This document shows, piece by piece, positions 36,782 to 52,024 of a stretch of 64,000 bases of DNA. Numbering within the stretch: the first letter of the stretch is position 1; every line of letters starts with the position of its first letter. Location: contig OZ024762.1 in the NCBI GenBank assembly GCA_964016885.1, forward strand, positions 28,706,001-28,770,000, in the 5' to 3' direction. The notes below the pieces were generated by a model, which saw only the letters and a program-made list of their open reading frames with translations, was not told the origin of the DNA and did not search any database. The position numbers and the translations under genes were made by a program. This DNA comes from Eledone cirrhosa. Lineage: Eukaryota.

Positions 36782-39525
36782 GTTATATTTAATTTGTTGG
36801 GATACAACAAGCAAAATATTTTTATAACTGATATAAAGCACTCAACAAATTAATTGGAGTAAATATACAATATATTAACAAATGGAAACTATATTTATAA
36901 AACCATATTTGTTTCAAGGGCCACCAAGGCAGATTATGGTGCGCTTTCATCAGATAAAATATAATATAGATTTGATTTTATAAATAAATATTGACATACC
37001 CTGAAAAATGCAACCTTCACGGGCATAGGTTAAGTTTAACGTTTGAGAAAATGAAAGTAGATTTTCTGACAAGTGAATGTGTTTGTTTTGTTTTTTTTAT
37101 AGTGACAGTTACGATACACTGTTTGTTTATTTACAACAGGTCTCTATAGTGATATGGTGTTAATTAGTAATGCGTGTGTGATTATTTTTTCTTTTTCTTT
37201 TTTTGTGTATTGTGTGTACGGAAAATGACATTGTGTGTTGAAAGAAAGACATTTTTTTAAAATGAATACATAGTTAGACGTTTGCTGCATATAACATATA
37301 AATTGACGTACCTTATCAACATCCTTATTAGACCGTATAAATAGCTGAAATACAGTTGATCATCTCGCCAAACTTGTTGGCACCAACTCTCTGCCGCCAA
37401 AGAAATTCAGCTAAATATGAGGGGAATAAATCGTCGCTTGTCCCATGTTGTCGACGAAGCTTTTTCTTTGCACGGCTCCAAGTGTTCTCTATGAGTTGTG
37501 TGTGCACATTAGGGTCTTCAGGATCGACAAAGTTCCGTTGGTGCACAACAACATCATGGAGGTAAATGCCACCTTGAATTTCTTCAATATCAGAATAGGA
37601 ACGCCAACCATCGGACATGATGTGGCTTCCTGGCAAAATCCATTCCTGTATGATGAGTACAAGAGTCTCACGGCTTCGATCTGGGACTTCGATGAGGCAG
37701 CAGCGTCCAGAATAAGGATGTTGATAAGGTACGTCAATTTATATGTTATATGCAACAAACGTCTATGTAGTTATTTAAAAAAATTTTATTTCTTTCAACA
37801 CACAATGTCATTTTCCGTACACACAATACACAAAAAAAGAAAAAGAAAAAATAATCACACATGCAATACTAATTAACACCATATCACTATAGAGACCTGT
37901 TGTAAACAAACAAACAGTGTATCGTAACTGTCACTTTAAAAAAAACAAAAAAACATTCACTTGTCAGAAAATCTACTTTCATTTTCTCGAACGTTAAACT
38001 TAACCTATGCCAAATAACAGTATATTTAAATTACGCCGTTGGAAGAGGGAAAAGAGAAAAAAAAATAGAAAAAGAAAGAGAAAGAGAAACAACATGAGTA
38101 TATTTAAGTGAGAGAGAATATTAGTTATAAGGACAGTAATAGCGTAATTATTGTTTACGTTATGAGAGAAGAAACGAAGAAATGAATATATCGTAGATGA
38201 ATAATAGCCGGATTCATTATAATGATAGGTTGAAGAATTTTATCTAGGGTTTAATTAATAAATTTGATTAAATGTTTAATTAATAATTTATCAATTCAAT
38301 CAGTAGTTTAAATGTGTATGTTAAAAAAACTTTTATATATATTTATATATACTATTAAAAAATATACTATTATTACAAAACCATGGCAGAATCGGTGGAG
38401 GGTTGGACATGCTTTCCAGTATAGTTACGTCCCTTTACGATCTGAGTTCAAATCCCGCCGAGGTTGACTTTGCCTTTCATCCTTACGGGGTCGATAAAAT
38501 AAAGTACCAGTAATGCACTGTTAATTGTTGGCCTTGTGCCTAAAATAGAAACATTAATTATTAAAAAATTGTAGGTTTAAAGTATCTGAACAATTCTAAA
38601 CCGATGGAAATTCAGAGAGTTTACAGAAGAATAATCCCTTATTTGTATTATAATAGCAATACAGAGTGAAGGAAAATTGTTAGTGATTTATTAATAATTC
38701 AGGTAACTCTAAGGATTAAATGCTATAAGGTTAAAAATTTAAATTTTCCATCTTAATAATGTAATTAGAGTATGAATCCTATGTTATTTTATAGTAAGTT
38801 ATAAATTTATAAATTCATAATTTTAGCTGTCATACAGTTATAACTGTTAAAACATAAATCTCTTGCTATAACGTCATAACATAAAAATTATATTTTAAAT
38901 TTTTATAGGAATATATCCAAAGCATAAAGCATAAAAAACTCTTTCATAAGAGTATATTTATAGAATATATTTAAAGTATAAATTTTAGGTTATACCATAT
39001 ACATCAAAATCACTATGTTTATCTCATATATATATAAATATTTACATATATATATATATTAAACATTTGAAAAATATAAGAATATAGAAATATAAAATAC
39101 ACAATATAAAATATGAATTATAATGAATTAAAAAAATATAAGAATATAGAAATATAAAATACACAGTATAAAATATGAATTATAATTTTCTTATACCCGT
39201 CAGAGGAATTTTCAAAAAATTTTCTTTAAATCTTTCAGTACGTTTATCAAGAAAAACTTCCAAGAAAAAAATGTTTCAAGAGAGTTATAAACAGTCACAT
39301 GAAGGAATCTAATGATTTATCGATAGGTGTAATAAAGATGAGTTATGTATTACATTTTATATATATATATATTTAAACGTTGAATTCAACCGATGTTTAC
39401 AAGAACTGAAAAGATTATTCCTTAAATTAACAGAATGTTTAGCTTTTAATATAAAGAATATTTCTTCTATACAAAGAGCACAATTTTCAGATGAAGCATT
39501 GAATGGAGGAGCTTTAGAGATAATA
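36780..39525 (-). mobile_element. Old Penelope-like 3' remnant with long 3' region (paralog ~58180-61268)
   Basis: SKAPPFNASSENCALCIEE...NLRNNLFSSCKHR GIY-YIG tail at 39380-39520 and 61083-61268; hammerhead at the distal end. Confidence 0.65.
37022..38011 (-). mobile_element. Merlin (IS1016/ISXO2-like) DNA transposon, deleted derivative with ~305-bp TIRs
   Basis: GGCATAGG...CCTATGCC; 37022-37328 inverts 37711-38011; ORF 37328-37636 SDGWRSY..H..VVH..NFVDP...HTQLIENTW...YLAEFLWR. Confidence 0.88.
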
Positions 39526-40144
39526 TTCATATATATATATATGGGTATGTATGAGTGTGTATGTGTGTTTGCACGTATGTATGGTGTGTATATGTGTACA
39601 TAGGGTTTTGGTATATGTACGTTTGGTGAACATATGTGTATTTACCTGTAGGTATGTGTGAGTGTGCGTTCTATACGCATTTATGCATGTATATTTATAT
39701 ATGTATATACACACACACAAACATATTTATACGTTCGTACATGTGCGGGTATATGTGTCGCGCTGGTTTACGTCCGTGTGCACGTGTTTATGTGTACGTG
39801 CATGTATATGCATGCATGGTGTATGTTTTCGCATATGCACGTGTATAGATGTGTGTATGTATATATTTAATTATTATTACTTTCCTGATTTTAATAACCT
39901 CTATCATTTTCGTTCAACTAATTTATTTATTTCGTTTCTGAATTTGTTTAGCAAGATTCTTTATCTGAAATCGTGTGTTGAAACCGATATTGTTATACTT
40001 TGGGAGGGTCATGTTGCCAATAAGAAACACACGCACCAGTTGCTTTCACTTCAATTTATTATATATTTATAAATTTACAAATCTACAAACTTATAAATTT
40101 CTGGTTGGTTGGTTGGTTCCACAACCAGATAGTTGTTTATATAT

Positions 40145-40189
40145 AGTCATAGTCCTTTCGTCACACACTCTGTGACCTCTTCAGTGACT
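40145..40189 (-). ncRNA. Minimal type I hammerhead ribozyme
   Basis: Minus strand agtca CTGAAGA ggtcaca gagtg tgtgac GAAA ggac TA tgact. Confidence 0.72.
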
Positions 40190-40582
40190 GGGGATTCCTT
40201 TCTTTGTTTCTGTGCCTTTCCTTTCTTCTGTCCTACGCCATTTTGGCGTAATTTATTTACATTATTTTGAACTCCGAAGCCGAGAATCATTCAGTTTCCT
40301 AAATAGAATATTAGTCTACGACTCCATTTATACCATAAACGTGGTTTTGTCTTTACGTGTAATTGTTGTCACCTCTCCACATAACGACGTATTAACTTCG
40401 CTTTTTTCCGTTCATTGCCAGGGAACAGCTTCACGAATCAAAGCAAATTATTTTCATATATATATATATATACATATATCTCAAGAGCAGTGCCCCAGCA
40501 TGGCCTCATCCAGATGGCTGGAACAGGTATAAGAATAAAAGAATATAATATATATGTGTATATTCATATATTGTATTTATCC

Positions 40583-42030
40583 TCATCACAATTTAAACTC
40601 CATTTTACATGCTAGCATGGGTCAGACGAGTTATCCTGTTGTGTGAAAACCTAGATCAAATAACCGTGTCTTGCTCATGCTAGAACCATTTCTGGTTGGT
40701 TTCTATGGCTGGATACCCTTCCTAACTCCAACAACATTTACAGGGTGGACTTGGTATTTATTGTTGTGTTGCTAACATGACCAACCTACAGGGTGGACTC
40801 GGTGCTTTTTGTTGTGTCATCATCATGACAACCACCAGCTAACAGAGCAGACTTGGTGCTCTTTGTCATGTCACCAATTTGACCACTTTGAAGGATGGTT
40901 CGGGTCCCTTCAGTCTTGCCACTAGCATGACCATTTTACAGGGTGGGTTAGGGGCCTCCTGTCATGTCTACATCACTGGGTGAACTGGGTGCTTATTTGT
41001 CATGTCACCAGCATGACTACCTTGCAGTGAGGGTTAGGTGCTCTTTTGTCATATTACCTAACAGAGAGGACTCTGTGTTGTTTTGTCATGACACCTGCAT
41101 GACCACCTTACAGGGTTGCCTGAGGGTTTAGCCATTTCAGTCGTATTGGAGGAGAGCATGTTAAGCTTTCCATACTTGTATACATGGGTTGGTCAAGAGA
41201 GGTGTATCAGATGTGAAAGTGGGGGTGGGGTTATGTGTATGTAGGGTGGGGATTGGAGCGGTAGGTCAGGGTGGTGTACTTAGCTGGTAAGGGGGTGGAG
41301 TGTTAAGACGTGGGGAGGAGGAAAATTAGAGCATACTTCAAACCACTATATGCTGCTTCATCCCGTGCACATTGGAATGCAGGTCTGCTGCAGTACTGTA
41401 TAACGCCAGAGATTTGAATCCTCTTGTGTCATCACCTTTGAGAGATACAATGGTGTCAGGTCAATTTTTTACCTCCTCATCCCAAGCTTTCCTAGGTCTT
41501 CCTCTTCCATCAATTTCAAGCGGTCAACCTTTTATACAGCATCTCTACCTTCATACACATCACATGTCCATAACACAGCAATCTCTTCTCCTGCATACTG
41601 TATCTTATCCCTCTCAGTTTAGTTATACTTTCCCCATCATGTATATTCATAGGACACATCCATTGGAGAATTCAAGCTTTATTTCTATCCAATCTTGAGG
41701 TCCTCGCTGCAATGCAGTATTGCTGTTCATATGCACGCATCAATTTGGTGAAACAACCTTTTGTAGCTAGCAGTAGTAGTAGCATCATAAACCTCTGCCA
41801 TCTTGTTCTTACTCTAGTTTCTGTACTTTCAGAACACCTACCTCTGCTAATTTGGTAACAGAAACTGTCAACTGCTTCTATGGAACCCTTTAAATATATG
41901 ATAGAGCTTGTCTCCTACAAGCAATTGCTTGTTACTGTTCCAGTGCAATGACCCCATGTGAAACCTACTTTCTTAACTAACTTATCTTGTATCCCACTAA
42001 ATCTCTTGTGGACCCATAGTCTATTTAGTG
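40583..42030 (-). pseudogene. Old RTE 3' part with an expanded ~50-bp repeat in its 3' UTR (paralog 62010-63450)
   Basis: RTE-type terminal motif at 40583-40628; decayed ORF2 similarity at 41390-42030. Confidence 0.7.
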
Positions 42031-42617
42031 TAAATAATGTTTCTTACACATAACATATATGTGTGACCACTGGTTTCTGAGTACACTTATGGCCACCACT
42101 GTTTAATGGGGGGAGGCACTTCCAAACAGACCCTTCATTAGGCATGCTGAAAATATATTAAAAGGAAGTTCTTTCCTCCAACAATTTTCACCCCAAACAG
42201 AGGAGAGTTTCATATTGTCAAAAAGGGAGGTAAATCTTGTAATTGTCAGGCTTAATTATATATGAAATTAGATACACATAGAAGTGGTTGATAGCTTTTG
42301 CAATCTAGGTGACTTAATTAGCAGTGGAGGGGGCTGCTCTGAAAGATGAATAGTTAGAATAAGGATAGGATGGAAAAGTTTAGAGAGCTACTGCAACAGT
42401 TGACCACAAAAGGTTTCTCTCTGTACAAAAGGACAACTGTATGACACATGTGGGTGATGTGCAATGATGAATGGTAACAAAACAAGGGTGTGACTGCAGA
42501 GGATATGTAGACAGGAGAGGAATGAAACAACCATGCTTTGTAGGATATGTTATGTAAGTGTGAGAGAAAGGCAGAACTTGGACAAGTTCAAGAAGAAGCT
42601 GGGTTTAAAATATTAAA

Positions 42618-43049
42618 CTAGACCTGAAAAATGCACAAGCTCAAAAGAGCCACAGAATGTTATAATAAACCTTCAAAAGTGTGGGACTAGAGTTGTTGCT
42701 CAAAACTATTGTAATCATTATCTATCGTACACTCTGTGGCATAGTTTTATAAAAAAGAACTCAAGACAACACGATAATTATTTAAGTGAATTTATAATAT
42801 AGAATTTGGTTTAAGTGCATTTCGTATTAATCATTACTAAACATCTAATATGAGATATTGAACATTAGCTTAAATAATTATTGTGTTGTCTTGAGTTCGT
42901 TATGAGTCTCTTTTTTATAAAAGGATGCCACAGAGTGTACGATAGATAATGATTACAAAATTTTTGAGCAACAACTCTAGTCGCACTCTTTTGAAGGTTT
43001 ATTATAACATTCTGAGGCTCTTTTGAGCTTGCACATTTTTCAGGTCTAG
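42618..43049. mobile_element. Foldback element just 3' of ZNF gene 2
   Basis: Paralog of 23951-24394. Confidence 0.85.
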
Positions 43050-43182
43050 TATATATGTTTGTGTGTAGTTAATGTAACATTCAAAGAGAATGATTTCCAT
43101 CAGATGTCATAAAGATATGTATTTTTATTCTCATTAATTCACAAATTTGAAGTAATGATTTATCACTAATGTCAATGCGTTA

Positions 43183-45304
<2,122 letters not shown>

Positions 45305-47912
45305 CTCACCAGGAATACTAAACACTTTAGATTGTGTTTTGCATTTAATCTTCTCAGTCAATTTATTTCTTCTTCAACATAATATATAAATGTTTTCCTT
45401 GTAATATTTTTTATATTATATTTCTTATAAAATATTTCTTCTTCTATATTTCCCTCAACTATATTTCAGTTAATATCTGAAGATAATACAAACTTCTTTT
45501 TCACCCAAGTTTAGTTAAAATACAAAACCATCTCATAGTGATGAAAATAAACTGTTTTGAGGAAATATTTCACAGCAATACGACGAGAGATTTATATAAA
45601 CAGTGTTATATAAGTTCTGTTAAGAAAGTTTTAGTCTTCAAATGATGATAAATAGAGGTGATGTATCCAAGATTGAAAATAATAATTTATCCAAATTTCA
45701 TCTGATATTCTGAAATAAGAAAGAAACAGTATGAGATAATAGAGAATACTTTAGAAGCAGAGATAGATTTAACAGTGGAAATTTTATATTTCTATATTGA
45801 TAAACTGTAGATATCAATTTTTCTGTCCAGAGTTATTCTCTCCAATGTAAGTAGTGGTATTCCAGCATGCTCTATAAATTATATCCTTCTATCTCTTCAG
45901 AGGTCTGCTCTATGGTAGTTTAGCAAAAAATACAATCTTATAGGACTTGTAAGAAAGTAACAGTATGACATAATAGAGAATACTTAAAATACAGAGATAG
46001 ATTTAACAGTGGAAATTTTACAATGTTACCACATTTCCCAGCATCGAAGACCTTACTTTTTCCCTAAAATAAGTCTCAAAAATCTACCATACGTCCCGGA
46101 GGCCGAAGGTTGTTATTTTCTTTTTAAAATTGGTCGTTATTGGTGCCAGTAAGTACGGTACATTGGTAAACTGTAGAAATATACCTGTGTCATATTTATT
46201 TATATAAACCAAGGCTATGTCAAACTACAGCTGCACCATCACTATAGCGGGATCATCTAGTACAAGGCCCCTAAACTGTGGTAACCTCGTGAGATGGGTT
46301 TGGAGCAGCTGACTGGCTACCCCTCATCAGTGGTGGCACCCAGTACCAGGTCCCCAAAAATTATAGTTCCCCTGTGAGATGGGCTCAGTGCAGCCAACTG
46401 CCCTGTCCCTCCTCATAACAGAGCCATCCAGTTTCACACTGTAAACATGGTTCATGTTAGGAAGGGAATCCAGCTGTAAAATACCCGACCAAATTTACAG
46501 ACCTCACCTGAGCAAGGTGCGACAGATGGCCAACCCTGGCTAAAACTTGCCTCCTGGCGTGGATGACCCGTCTAACCCATGCAAGAATGGAAAAATCTAT
46601 GCTAAATGGTGATGATACCTACATATATATATATATCCCACCCACACAGGACGTTTAAAAGAAACGCACCCGGCCCACACTGTAAAGAGGACACGTAAGA
46701 CATGGCAAAAAGTACCCACGCCACACTGTAAAGTGATGTAGGTGTCATGGCCAACAAGCACCCGGCCCACACTGTAAAGTGGACGTGTTTTTAATGATGA
46801 TGGTGATGATGATATATAATAAAATGTAGTTTGCTTGAAACATTCTATATAATATATAACGTTAAAAGAGATACAATGCAAAATGGACTGTAAGATGAGG
46901 TAAGGAAAAGTAAAAGTTACCTGGTAATCTTTGTTTTGTTTTGTTTTTTTTGTTGTTCTTTTATTTGTCCAATATTTCGGGACCTAAAAGTCCTTTCTTC
47001 AGGGTTTAACCCTTTAACATTTACATTATTCTATATATACTATTATATTTCCATGGTAAAGTCATTACCTTACATAATATCGAATCTATGAGGTTTTGAT
47101 ATTATTTAGAGAACAATACCTTAACATCAGTAAGAGTGGCCAGTTACAGCCAGTTTAAAAGAGAAAAAGGGGACAGAATTCTGGTCAGTTATGGCTAGTG
47201 TAAATGTTAAAGGGTTAAGCAACTTTCATTTTTTCTAAGTTGTTTTCAGACATTTTATAAAATTGATGGAAGCTATGGAGTAGGAAGACCTGGGATGAGG
47301 TGATAAAAGCTGACCTCACACAATTGATGGATGCTGTGAAGTAGGAAGACCTAGTTTGGGGTGATAAAAGCTGACCTAACACAATTGATGGATGCTGTGA
47401 AGTAGGAAGACCTAGTTTGGGGTGATAAAAGCTGACCTCACACAATTGATGGAAGCTATGGAGTAGGAAGACCTAGTTTGAGGTGATAAAAGCTGACCCC
47501 ACACAATTACACTTCACAAAGACGACACAGGATATATACACACATTACTATATATACACCTAAAATATCGAAGACCCCCCTCGATCAAGAATGACCATGT
47601 GATTTGCAACTAGACAGTTCCCCTCCAAGGCACAAATCTGGTTGTTTGAGGAAGACCAGCAGTTGCCCATGTATTCCGGTCGACCCTCTCCACGCGACCG
47701 ATGTTGTCCAAGGAAAATGTAATGGCTGATACAGCTTGGTACCAGTGACATCACTACATATATATACACTATATATATATTTTATATACACTGTGTGCAG
47801 TATATATACACAATATATATATTATAGATACACTGTGTACAATATATATATACACTATATATGATGTCCAAGGGAAAGGCAATGGCTGACACAGCTTGGT
47901 ACTAGTGACATC

Positions 47913-47951
<39 letters not shown>

Positions 47952-47998
47952 AATGAATAATAACAGGCTGACATCATAAAAAGGTAGTTTATTCCGTG

Positions 47999-48110
47999 TG
48001 CTTACAAGTGTTTCCACGGTGGTGCTGCAGCCTAGTTCCGCTACGTGCAAATTCACAAGTATTTGCAGAACTCGAATATCCAATGCTGTGACCACTGTTT
48101 CCTCAGAGCA
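47999..48110 (-). ncRNA. Hammerhead ribozyme (inverted pLTR copy)
   Basis: Reverse complement of 51133-51244. Confidence 0.65.
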
Positions 48111-48541
48111 GAATGGTAAATATACAATGTAAAAACCCTTAAGTGGGGTTGTTGGGGAAGATAGAGTGGAACAGGAAGAGAGAAAAGTAGGGAAGAAGGA
48201 GAGAGAAAGAAAGATATGCAGGGGTTGGAGAAGTATGAGAGAGTGGCTTGTAGATGTCTTAATCAAAATGTTATGGTAGGGGTTTTATTAGTTACTTTGG
48301 GAGAGATGCGTAGATAGTTGAGGTCGGAATTATTTATTGCCCCAGAGGGCAGGTTCATAAATGTTGAGAGGGAGGTAGGTCAAAGGTGAGAGAGAGAGAG
48401 TGTAATGGATGTAGAGAGAGATATATAGGTAGAGAGGGGACAGATAAATATGTGTGGTGAGTGAACTTTTGGTTTTGTAGTAGTATTCTAGGAGTTGTAC
48501 TGAGTTACCATGTATAGTGATAAGCTTTCGAACAGGACTTA

Positions 48542-50641
48542 TTGAAAACTACCATGAACATTAAGTTCAACAGACATAGAAATAATGAGCTGCAGAACAA
48601 CATGAAAGCACTACTCCGAAGATTGCAAAATACCAATGGAATTGTTGTGAAAGCTGACAAGACTTCGAACGTGTATACCATGGATATCGATACGTATAAT
48701 AACTTCATACGCAACGAACTACACAAAAAATATAGAAAAACAAATGAAACTACGCCAGCAAATATTAACAACGAGGCATATAAAGTGGTAAAGAATCTCA
48801 AGATAGACGATAGAACCGAGCCGATTATACCCGCTACCCCCACCTTCAACCTGAAGGACCATAAGGTAAATTTTGACTCTAACCCTAAGATTAGACTTAT
48901 ATGCCCTTCTAAATCAGACATAGGGAAAATTAGTAAACATATACTTGACAGAGTAATAACTCAAGTGAAAAAGAAAATTGAAATTAAATTATGGGGCAAC
49001 ACTAGCAAAGCAATTCGCTGGTTTAATAATGTTAAGAATAAGAATAAATCTAAGTTTATACAATTTGACATAGACGAATACTACTCTTCCATCTCACCAA
49101 GCACTTTACGTAAGGCCCTATCGTTTGCTAAGGCCAATTCCGACCTAACAGAGGACGAAATTAATATTATTCTCGAGGCTAGAAAAACCATTATTAAGTT
49201 CGATAACTGCTACTGGGAACGTAAGGACAGACCCACAAATTTCGATATTACCATGGGTTCCAACGACTCGGCGGAGGTCACGGATCTCGTGGGAATTTAC
49301 ATAGCCCACATATTACATAGTAGATTTAGTAATCTACAGGGGGGGATATACAGAGATGACGGGCTCTTATTAGTTAATAACTTGAATAACCAAAATCTTG
49401 AAAGGCTACAGAAAAATATTAGAAAATCTTTTAGTGAACTGGGTCTAAAAATAACATACGAATACAATCTTAAGGTAGTAAACTTTCTGGACGTAACTCT
49501 TAATTTAAATACCGGACAGATACGACCCTTCCACAAGGTAAATGAGAACCTTACGTATATTGACTTTAACTCTAACCACCCACTCTCCATGATCAAATCA
49601 GTTCCCCGGAGTATTTCTCTTAGAATCTCTCGCCTATCGTCTAACTCTGATATATTTAGCGAACATGCTGAATACTACAATAATGCATTAAGGAATACTG
49701 ACCACCGGGATACAATAGAATACATCGATAGTAATTTCCACAACACACATAGCTCTACACGTAATCAAGGTATACGTAACCGGGGGACTAAAACACAAGC
49801 ACACACACACTGTACTACCAGACATACTAATAATAGAAGATCACCACCAAATAAATCACGTTGTAGAAAGTATATCTGGTATAATCCTATTTTTAATGCC
49901 TCGATTAGTACAAAACTATCTCTTTCATTCTTTAAATTAATCAATAAACACTTCCCTAGTTCCCATAAGTACAGCAAAATTCTGAACTCCAAAACTATTA
50001 GACTATCATACTCCACGGCACCAAACCTTGAAGCATACATAAAAAAACTTAACTTAAGGCAATTAAATAACTCTACAAAACAAAACATTTTAGTAACAGA
50101 TAGGCAGAACGCAATATCTGCCTCCCAACCACTAAATGGGAGACAGGTATTGCACAACCCACCTGTACCGCTATCACAACCTATCCATGGTGTACCCGCT
50201 ACCCACAACAAAGCATGTAACTGCCATCTACCTGAAAGATGTCCATTGCAGAATGAATGCCTAAAGTCCAACATTGTTTACCAATGCACGGTTGAATCGG
50301 ACGACCAGAAATGGTATTATATTGGATCTACCACCACATCGTTTAAATCTCGCTGGTACCGTCATCGATTCTCAATCAAACATCAGAATCACCGCTTTGT
50401 GACCACGCTCGCCAACAAGACCTGGCAACTCCGTGAACACAACCAACAGTTCACCTTAAAATGGGATATACTTTCCAGCGCAAATGCATATCGGAGTGGT
50501 TTGAAGTACTGCAGGTTATGTAACCTTGAGCTATTTTACATACTAAAATCCAAAAACAAACTACTTAACGATAGAATTGAACGATCATTATACTGCAACC
50601 ACAAACTAAAAGCTAAATTCTCTCACTATAAAATAACTTAA
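48542..50641 (+). CDS. Penelope-like RT + GIY-YIG endonuclease (uninterrupted, probably N-terminally truncated)
   Basis: VKADKT, FIQFDIDEYYSSI, ITMGSNDSAE, IYRDDGL, NFLDVTL, SNHP; CNC..CP..C; IVYQC..YYIGST..FKSRW..H; CRLCNLE. Confidence 0.93.
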   Translation: MKTTMNIKFNRHRNNELQNNMKALLRRLQNTNGIVVKADKTSNVYTMDIDTYNNFIRNELHKKYRKTNETTPANINNEAYKVVKNLKIDDRTEPIIPATPTFNLKDHKVNFDSNPKIRLICPSKSDIGKISKHILDRVITQVKKKIEIKLWGNTSKAIRWFNNVKNKNKSKFIQFDIDEYYSSISPSTLRKALSFAKANSDLTEDEINIILEARKTIIKFDNCYWERKDRPTNFDITMGSNDSAEVTDLVGIYIAHILHSRFSNLQGGIYRDDGLLLVNNLNNQNLERLQKNIRKSFSELGLKITYEYNLKVVNFLDVTLNLNTGQIRPFHKVNENLTYIDFNSNHPLSMIKSVPRSISLRISRLSSNSDIFSEHAEYYNNALRNTDHRDTIEYIDSNFHNTHSSTRNQGIRNRGTKTQAHTHCTTRHTNNRRSPPNKSRCRKYIWYNPIFNASISTKLSLSFFKLINKHFPSSHKYSKILNSKTIRLSYSTAPNLEAYIKKLNLRQLNNSTKQNILVTDRQNAISASQPLNGRQVLHNPPVPLSQPIHGVPATHNKACNCHLPERCPLQNECLKSNIVYQCTVESDDQKWYYIGSTTTSFKSRWYRHRFSIKHQNHRFVTTLANKTWQLREHNQQFTLKWDILSSANAYRSGLKYCRLCNLELFYILKSKNKLLNDRIERSLYCNHKLKAKFSHYKIT

Positions 50642-51132
50642 CATTCGAACCCGTAACTACAACACCACTTTCTAGCTAACAACCTTCTCTTCCCCCCACA
50701 CTACAAGACAATACACTGCTTATCACTATACATGGTAACTCAGTACAACTCCTAGAATACTACTACAAAACCAAAAGTTCACTCACCACACATATTTATC
50801 TGTCCCCTCTCTACCTATATATCTCTCTCTACATCCATTACACTCTCTCTCTCTCACCTTTGACCTACCTCCCTCTCAACATTTATGAACCTGCCCTCTG
50901 GGGCAATAAATAATTCCGACCTCAACTATCTACGCATCTCTCCAAAAGTAACTAATAAAACCCCTACCATAACATTTTGATTAAGACATCTACAAGCCAC
51001 TCTCTCATACTTCTCCAACCCCTGCATATCTTTCTTTCTCTCTCCTTCTTCCCTACTTTTCTCTCTTCCTGTTCCACTCTATCTTCCCCAACAACCCCAC
51101 TTAAGGGTTTTTACATTGTATATTTACCATTC

Positions 51133-51244
51133 TGCTCTGAGGAAACAGTGGTCACAGCATTGGATATTCGAGTTCTGCAAATACTTGTGAATTTGCACGT
51201 AGCGGAACTAGGCTGCAGCACCACCGTGGAAACACTTGTAAGCA
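51133..51244 (+). ncRNA. Type I hammerhead ribozyme with ~85-nt extended stem II
   Basis: tgct CTGAGGA aacagtggt...accaccgtg GAAAC actt GTA agca, then AATAAA. Confidence 0.68.
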
Positions 51245-52024
51245 CACAGAATAAACTACCTTTTTATGATGTCGACCTGTTATTATTCATTCTTTATATA
51301 CACTCCGGAACACTGAAGGATCAGGAACTAAGTTTCTTGAACAATTCTTCCATAACTCGTAGAGTAACCTCTTACCGTACGTCAACCATATCCAGTGTAG
51401 TAATTAACCATCACTACATCTTGGATAATCCTATACCTAATATATATATATATACACTATATATATGTTGTCCAAGGGAAAGGCAATGGCTGATACAGCT
51501 TGGCACCAGTGACATCACAACATATATATATATATATATATGTTGTCCAAGGGAAAGGCAATGGCTGATACAGCTTGGCACCAGTGACATCACAACATAT
51601 ATATATATAACGTATATCCCAGACATCCATAGATTATTTCTTTTCTACAGCTATCTCTCTTTCCCAATTTCAAAATATTCTGTTTACATCATTATTATTA
51701 TCATTCACTTGTTTCCACAACGTATATATTTCGACCTTGTTTTTGATATAAACCAGGTTGGACATTGTGTCTTTCTCTACAAACTCATCCCTAACCCCCA
51801 CCATTACCTCTCCTTTCTCTCACTCATTCATTTCGGTGTTTACAAAGCTAGGTGACCATCTTCGAAATTCTTGCATATTTACATTGTCTAATAGGCCTAC
51901 TTATATCTGCTTATTTCCCCTGAATCTCCTGTGATGATATATGTCAAGATGGCTACCTATCTCACAATTTCCCACTCATCACCATAGGCTATTCGACCCA
52001 TCAAACCACAACATGTCCTTAGCC

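Larger units (their letters stand above)
47943..51440 (+). mobile_element. Young Penelope-like element with inverted 5' pLTR (47943-48525 / 50718-51300) and ~140-bp 3' tail
   Basis: ~580-bp near-perfect inverted repeat around an RT + GIY-YIG ORF; inserted in (TA)n; empty site at ~28360-28460. Confidence 0.92.

Noticed and set aside
37328-37636. Bacterial IS1595/ISXO2 contamination
   Set aside because: Embedded in collinear eukaryotic sequence with an empty paralogous site; fits the eukaryotic Merlin superfamily
50977-51855. 292-aa ORF and its twin at 47769-48266
   Set aside because: Start at TTG in the non-coding pLTR and run into flanking repeats; the shared N-terminus just reflects the inverted repeat
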